From Octopus vulgaris (taxonomy: Eukaryota): 64,000 nucleotides of DNA. The notes under the pieces are model-generated. The model had not been told where the DNA came from and made no database searches. It worked only from the letters and a program-made list of their open reading frames with translations. This document shows, in pieces, positions 56,666 to 64,000 of the stretch. How positions within the stretch are numbered: position 1 is the first letter of the stretch; every line of letters begins with the position of its first letter. Where the stretch lies: the NCBI GenBank assembly GCA_951406725.2, contig OX597817.1:56296001-56360000 (forward strand), in the 5' to 3' direction. Both the position numbers and the translations under genes were made by a program.

Positions 56666-57317
56666 CCACCGACCGGAGTCGTAATGCTCTGGATCTTGGA
56701 CTCGTTCAAAACCTCCACATATATATGTGGTATATGGAATTTAATATATATGTTTCGAATAGTTATGTAAGATGACCGTACATAACATTGCCCTCCTCAG
56801 TCGATATTTCAAAATATAAAGATATATAAAAATTTGCTATAAATTTAATAGCTGTTCGAATAGACTTAGAAATTCATTAAAATACGAAGAAATAAAGAGA
56901 AAAGAAGACCTATATTGTCTATGAGGAGAAATTTCTCCCGCAACTATTTTTCCCATCCGATTGTTAAATATGATTGTACAAGTATATATTTCATGTGACA
57001 CAAATTCGTGCGCCTCTGCTTAATTAATCGCACCTTATCGAAGCTATGCGCACATCAACAAATGTACAATTTGGTGTTTTTATATATTAGGGCTGTGAAC
57101 TACTGATTAGGTACTCGTAGTGAATGAAGCAAAACAGGGCAGAATCCCTTGGCGTCATTCAAAGCCCGATGTTGCTTGGCGTCATTCAAAGTCCGATGTC
57201 GTCACTTGTAGCCCAGTTATGTGCTTTCGCATATTTTGTCTGTGAGGAGAATTTTTTCCCGAGCCTAATTCTGCAGCGAAATTTCTTCTGAGTGTACACG
57301 AATTTGTCAAACCTGAT

Positions 57318-57372
<55 letters not shown>

Positions 57373-57411
57373 CACTATCATATACTTATTTGCGAAGTGG
57401 CATGAACCGAC

Positions 57412-57689
57412 CTAGTACTTATTCTTTTGGGGTCTGTACCGAATTGCTAAGTTACGAAGACGTAAACACACCAATACCGGTTGTTAAGTGATGGTGGTGA
57501 CAAAGACAGGCACAAAGACACTCACAACCCCCACATACATATAATGCCCGAAACAGTAAGGACTTCTGGTAACTTGACTGAGGAAAGAAGGCCACGAATG
57601 CTTGTTCTTCTTATTGTTGTTTTTCCTGTCCACCTTTGTATCGCCAATCTGTCCGAATGTTTTATTGTCCTCTATTGTGTTTTTGTTCC

Positions 57690-57738
<49 letters not shown>

Positions 57739-57880
57739 GGCGGGCTTCTTTCAGTTTTCGTCTACCAAATACTGTTTTGAGTGGCCCGAGGCTACAGTAG
57801 AAGACACTTGCCCAAGGTACCTCACAATGGAACTGAACCCGGAATCACATGGTTGGGAAACAAGCTTCTTACTACACACT
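57412..57880 (-). mobile_element. SINE family A copy with an insert of about 150 bp in its internal microsatellite
   Basis: SINE homology at 57412-57535 and 57735-57880; unrelated sequence at 57545-57690. Confidence 0.7.
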
Positions 57881-59384
57881 TGTGAGTATTTATTGTCATA
57901 AGTATATATCTATCATATTGCTATCGACTGCTGCATAAAAAGAAAAGAGTGAGGTTTAGAGAGGGAGAGATGAAAGAGGGGAGAGGAGAAAGGAAAAAAA
58001 TACAAAGGGATCTTAGAGAGGGTGTTACCTTTAAATATATTCAATTCAGTAGAATAACTAGGCTTGTGGGAAAATAAATTAAAATAAGATATAGATAAGC
58101 AGAAATATAATAAAATGGGATTAAATGAAATGGAATATAATAATGCGAAGTAAGATAAGGCGAAGGATAGAGATAATAAGAATGAAGTATATTGGGGAAT
58201 GATGCTAAATGAGATTTTGAAAAATAGGAATTAGAAAATAATATGTAATTGGAATATAATTAGAAAATAATATGAAGTCGAGATTAATACATAATCAACG
58301 TACACGTGAAGTTGCTGTTCTAAAGTTAAGGTAGATGCTTTGTGTGCTGAGGGTGCTGCTGTGGTGCGTCTTCGAATGCAGATCTTGATGTCTCCTCTGG
58401 CAGGGAAGAAGTTTTGTATCGGTTTCGGCCCCTTCGGCTCTGGTACCAATATATAAGGCCGAGTCTGCCTGTGGAATAACGTATTATGTGATAAGAATAC
58501 TTAGTGTGAATGAAGTGTAGGTGAATGGCTGTAATCAGAGAAGATATCTTAATTCGAATGCTCAACATTTTCTTTTTTTTTTTTTTCAGAAATTAAGTAT
58601 ATCGATTATGTTTATATGTTGGTCTTGAAGCTCAAAGGAAGAATATAAGTGGCAGAGGAGCCTCCCAAAACGGAGCCGATAAAATAAGCATCAGTTGAAG
58701 TTTGGGGTCAACATAACCGACATAATCCCTTCACCGGGCTTACTGGCTTTGTGTTAAAATTTGAAAGCAACATTACTAATATTTCCAGGGTAGCAAGCTG
58801 GCAAAACCGTTAGCACGCCGGATGAAATGCTTAGTAGTATTTCGTCAGTCCACCCAGCTGGGAAATATAAGTTGTACATGTATTTCAAAAGGCGAGCCTT
58901 GTCACATTCTGTGTCACGCTGAATCGCCCCGAGAACTACGTTAATAAGCAGAAAGTTTTGAAATCCTGATAGTAATATTCCTAACAAAACTATTCCGAAT
59001 TGAATTTGGATGGTTAGATAACCTAAGAATATAATATCAGTACTGTTTGGCTTATGATAAAGGCAATAGGTATTGGAGTTAAGATTTAATGTTAAATCCA
59101 GGAAATTTACAATATGTAGATAGGTTCAAATTTCGTCCAACCTACATAACTGATGATTTAGACTTTCTAAGGAAGTAATGCTCTGTGTCTGTTTATATAC
59201 AGTCATCCATAGTACCCCATGATAATTTCCTCTGTAGTAACATCATAGGTTTAATTAGCGTCTTGCCCCTTTAACTGGTAATTAACATCTTGATTTAGAG
59301 TCTTCCCCTACCCAGCCTCCTTTATAGACAGTTACTTATACAAATCCTAAAATCCTGACAATATTTATGACCATACCCATTTAT

Positions 59385-59912
59385 AAGGTGTCTGCGTCCG
59401 GTGGAATTATGACGGCATAATTCTCTACTAGTTCGTTCTGGACGGTCAAACTATCGATGCCAACCTGTACTCCGAACTGCTGGAGCGGATGTATGCCATT
59501 GTCCAGGAAAAATACCAAGGGTTGTTTAACAGAAAGCGAGCTCTTCTGTAGTAAGACAACACAAGATCTCGTATCATTCGAATGGCCCCGAATAAACTCC
59601 TGGATCTGGGAGGAATCGAACTGGGACCACATCCATCATACAGTCTAGACCTAGCTCCCTAGGATTATTATTGTTCCGATCTATGGCTCACTTTCTTCGC
59701 TCGCCACGCTTCATCAATCAAAGAGAATGTGGTTCTTCAGAGAAGGACAAGAACTTGTGTCAGCGTGCGATCAAAGAACTGGCAGAAAGCTGGCTTAAGA
59801 CGGTGCAACAGGGTGGCCTCTACTTCGAATGCTAAGCTGCTTTGTTGTGACTTGACGAATAAACCAAATAAGTTACCAAAATATTACAAAACTTTTGACT
59901 CAACACAATATT
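59385..59912 (+). mobile_element. mariner transposase 3' half (pseudogene) and probable right end
   Basis: VRWNYDGIILY*FVLDGQTIDANLYSELLERMY..NRKRALL**DNTR..HPSYSLDLAP*DY (YSPDLAPxD motif). Confidence 0.88.
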
Positions 59913-60471
59913 AGATTACAATATTATATTAAATTATATTCTATTATAACATAATATAGCACATTCTATAATATTATAACATATTATATTATATTTATTA
60001 TATTATATGATACTGTATTATATGTATTAGACAAAGACTTGCCTATGACTTCATGTTTCGTCTGCTTCAAAGCTTGTTCAGGGAAGCGAAATTTTCTTGT
60101 AGTTACAGTGGATGGCAAATTTATTTTTGTAATAAATTTAACTCTATAACTGTATATTCAATGCATTCATTAGTAAATGGTTTTGGCACACACACACACA
60201 CACACATCTATATGTATAGATGTGTGTGTGTTTGTGTGTGTATGGGTATAAATATATATATATATATATATATGTATATGTATAAACACTCACACTCACA
60301 CATACAGATGCACATACACACACATACAAATACACACATTCGAAAGTACAATAAAACAGGACAGTTAAGGTTTTTTTTTATTCCAATGCCATGAATAGCA
60401 AATGATACATATGTGTGTGTGTGTGTATAAATATATATATAAACACACACACACACATATATATATATATT

Positions 60472-60502
<31 letters not shown>

Positions 60503-60713
60503 ACGTATATACGTGTGTGTGTGTGTGTGTGTCTATTTATATATATATATGTATATATATATACATATTTATGCATGCATATTTATATATAGAGAGATAC
60601 ATACATACACACATGCATACATATATACATACGTACACATGTATGTATGTGTTTGTGTGTGCGTGCGTGTGTTTGTATGCGTGTATGTGCTTGTATGAAA
60701 AGTTTTGGATGAA

Positions 60714-60757
<44 letters not shown>

Positions 60758-62223
60758 GTTGTTTGGTAAATATCTGTTTATAAAGCTATAGCAAACCACA
60801 AGAGAATGAGAGTGGAGAGAGAGAGAGGGGAGGAAAGGGGAGACGGAGGATTGCGAAAGAGAGGTGGGTAGAGGCAAAGGCTGTGGTTTGGGTTTCGAAC
60901 CGGGAGGCGGGAGGCGAGAGACGGTAATGGTTGTGAGCTGAAGAACAGGAGCAAAGGGGTGGTGCTGTGTTGGCGATGGTGGCGCGGTGAGAATCGCCAT
61001 TGTCGACGCAGTCGGATGTTTCTCGGTAGAGGTCTGGGGTTTCTGGAAGAATTCCAAGATTTCAGCAATTCATACAAACAGTAAAGTATCGGTTGTGTGG
61101 TGTGGTGTCTGCGTGTGTGTGTGTATGTGTGTGTGTGCATGTCTGCATGTGTGTGTATGCGTGTGTGTGTGTATGTGTTTGTACATGTGTTTATATGTTT
61201 GTGTGCATGTGTGTGTATGTGTGTATATGTGTGTGTGCATGCATGTGTTTGTGTGTGTGCATGTGTGTGTACATGTGTGTATGCATGTGTGTGCGTGCAT
61301 GTGTTTGTATGGGTGTATATGTATTTGCATGTGTGTGTATGTGTGTGTGCATGTGTATATATGTGTGTGTGTGTGAGTGTATATGTGTTTACATGTGTGT
61401 GTGTATGTGTGTGTGCATGTGTGTATATGTGTGTTTGTATGTGTGTATGTTTGTGTGCATGTGTATATATGTGTGTGTGTGTGAGTGTATATGTGTTTGC
61501 ATGTGTGTGTGTATGTGTGTGTGCATGTGTGTGTATGTGTGTTTGTGTGTGTGTGCATGTGTTTGTATGCATGTGTGTATACATGTGTGTGTTTGTGTGT
61601 ATGCGTGTGTGTATGTGTGTGTGTGTGAGATGATGTCAGTGGAAGGATTGTTTGCGACGGTGGTGGATTGGGGATTGTTAGAGGTTAGAAGCGGAGAGAG
61701 AGAGGGCGAGACTTGGGAATCGATAGATTGAGTAAAAGATGATGAGTGAGTGGTTGGGCGTGGGTGTGGCTGTGGGTGTGATGGATGGTGCTGAGGATGG
61801 GGCTGTGGAGTGGAGCGGGGTTGATAAAGAGGAGCAATAAGGGAACCAGAGGGGAAGAGGAATAACGGAAGGGAGAGAGAAGAAATTGGAGAAACAAAGA
61901 ATGAAGAAGAAGAAAAAAGAAACATTGGAGTAGATGTGAAGTGGTGCATTGAGGGAGAGGAAGTAGAGAGGAGGAAGAGGTGGAAATGAAGGAGTGAGGG
62001 AGAGAGAGAGTGAAAGAAAGCAAGTGAAGGAATGAAGAAGGAGGTGGAAAGAATGAAGAGAACAACAAAGTTTTCAAAGAAGAATGATTGAGAGAAGTTT
62101 GCGAAGTGACGAAATAATTTATGAAGGACAAATTTGAAAAAGAATTTGGAGATGAATGAGTTAAACGAAGAATGTGTGAAAGACAGAAAGGAAGGAAGGA
62201 AGAAAGGAAGAAAGAAAGAATGA

Positions 62224-62271
<48 letters not shown>

Positions 62272-62454
62272 AAATATGAAGAGGGTCAAAAAGAAGCGGA
62301 AATGTTACAAATGTTGCTGCTGCTGCTGTTGCTGTTGTTTAACAACAGGATCAAGCATAATGAAATATATTCCAGGCTTTACCATTCCATCTTTGTTAAT
62401 ATTGTGTAGAATTACCTTGTCTCGGGTGTCTTTTCAATATTTTGGACAGTACTA

Positions 62455-63143
62455 AGGCAGCGAGATGACAGAGCGCATAGCGCGCCGAAGAAAATGTTTA
62501 ACGATATTTCTTTAGGCTTTTCTTTTAAGTACGATCTGAGTTGAAATACCGCCGAGGTTAAACTTATCTGTTATATTTTCGGGATCGATTAAATAAGTAC
62601 TACTCAAATTCTGGGGCCGATGCAATCGACTTGTCTCCTCTCTTTGTTGGTCTTGTGACAAAAATTTCATAGAATTCTTTTAGACCATATTATGGCAGCG
62701 AGCAAGCAGAATCGTTAAATGTGTAGCATACAAATGTTTCGTGGCAATTTTTTCCGGCTCTTTACATCCCGAGATCAAATTCTTCTGAGGTCACTCTTGC
62801 CTTTTATCGTTTTAGGTTCGATAACATAAGTACCAGTGGAGTACTGGGGTCGATATAATCGACTACACCATCCCCTAAAATTATTGACATTGTACTAGAA
62901 TTTGAAATCAATATTTAAGACCTCAGAGGCAACTAGCCGGCAGAATCGTTAGCACGCTGGACAAAAATACTTAGCGGCATTTCGTCCGTCTTTACATTCA
63001 AAGTTCAAATTCCACCGAGGTCGACATTGTCTTTCATCATTTCGAGGTCGATAAATCAATTAGCAGTCAAGCACTGGAATCAACGTAATCGGTTAGCCCA
63101 TTCCGACCAAAATTTCTGGCCTTCAGCCTAAGTAGAAGGAATT
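62455..63143 (+). mobile_element. Tandem array of three diverged SINE family B copies
   Basis: Units start at about 62455, 62693 and 62927, each GGCAGCGAG..CAGA..GAGTT.AAAT.C..CCGAGGT..AATAAGTAC..TGGGG.CGAT..AATCGAC. Confidence 0.8.
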
Positions 63144-63245
63144 ATTTGAGACAAAATGATGTGGTTTGAAGATGATGATTTTTGCCGATCAAAAGACCAT
63201 GTTGATTGATGTGAACTTCAAATATATGGTTTCATGGTAATGGTG

Positions 63246-63280
<35 letters not shown>

Positions 63281-63944
63281 TGAAATTTGATTTAGTATTT
63301 CTAAATTGAATTTTTCCCTGTAAGTTTGGAATATACTTTATTATTATTAAAACTGCAAAAACCACTAAGATAACACAAAAGACTGCTGCTAAGAGTTTCA
63401 CGTTCCTGTTCGTCGGACAGTTTAGATTGAGGACGGAACAAAATAAAGTATGCATAAAATATACAATTTAGATTGACAGACACATTTGAATTTGGTTTCT
63501 TATCATTGGTTCTTTCGATTAACGGTTTTCTTTCTAATGAATGATGATAAGTTTCAAATTGTATTATGTAAAATAGAAGAAAGCCTGCAACCAAAAATTG
63601 AAATTTCAAAAATGACTCTAATTAGAAGCAAAAAACGTATATAACCAGAATAAATTAATTAATGACAAAATAAGTTTAATTAAAAATAAATAGATGTAAG
63701 TCTTTATTATAATAATATTCACTTAGATACAGCAAAAGACCTAAAAATAAACACACTGTACTTATACGAGCTAAAAAATGCAGAAACGTACATACGTACA
63801 CTAAACGTACAAACGCAAATCTATGCATACCTACATAACTAGAAACATACACAGGCATGAATATGAATATGAATATATATACTAATGTATATATAAGTAA
63901 CTACGCACGCACACATACACACACATACATACTAACACACACAC

Positions 63945-64000
<56 letters not shown>

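Noticed and set aside
57148-57201. 27-bp tandem duplication
   Set aside because: Ordinary slippage duplication with no further structure.
57545-57592. GCCC-GAAA-CAG...CTGAGGA as a type II or rearranged HHR
   Set aside because: No adequate stem I and it is truncated on the 5' side; kept only as a degenerate candidate.
60778-61949. Long HT/CV-rich ORFs and similar YI/CV ORFs throughout the window
   Set aside because: Stop-free translations of degenerate (CA)n and (TA)n microsatellites.
63290-63455. Hydrophobic TM-like ORF (KLLAAVFCVILVVFAVLIII)
   Set aside because: A T-rich strand yields hydrophobic runs by chance; no good splice donor.

Overview
AT-rich animal DNA packed with microsatellites ((TA)n, (CA)n, (GATA)n, (TAA)n, (GA)n) and mobile-element debris. 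The composition and SINE families suggest a cephalopod, probably Octopus (inference from recognition only). No host gene could be established. Most of the ORF track is microsatellite translation, and only a few tentative minus-strand exons were seen. Supported content: a 5'-truncated CR1/L2-group LINE (644-3694) nested in a Penelope-like element (PLE) remnant; an apparently full-length L1/Tx1 element (about 15973-22104, minus) inside (GATA)n; three Dong/R4 3' fragments inside (TAA)n; RTE and HERO-like fragments; mariner/Tc1 fossils; Helitron-type non-autonomous elements; three tRNA-derived SINE families; and a 19-bp minisatellite. The most notable layer is a dozen or more hammerhead-ribozyme (HHR) motifs. 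These include (i) an HHR with its three strands in a non-circularly permuted, pseudoknotted order (7863-7934, minus) and (ii) a tRNA-headed SINE-like element with an HHR tail and a PLE-style inverted tail copy (24389-26495). A SINE family also shares a structured 3' end with the in-window LINE.
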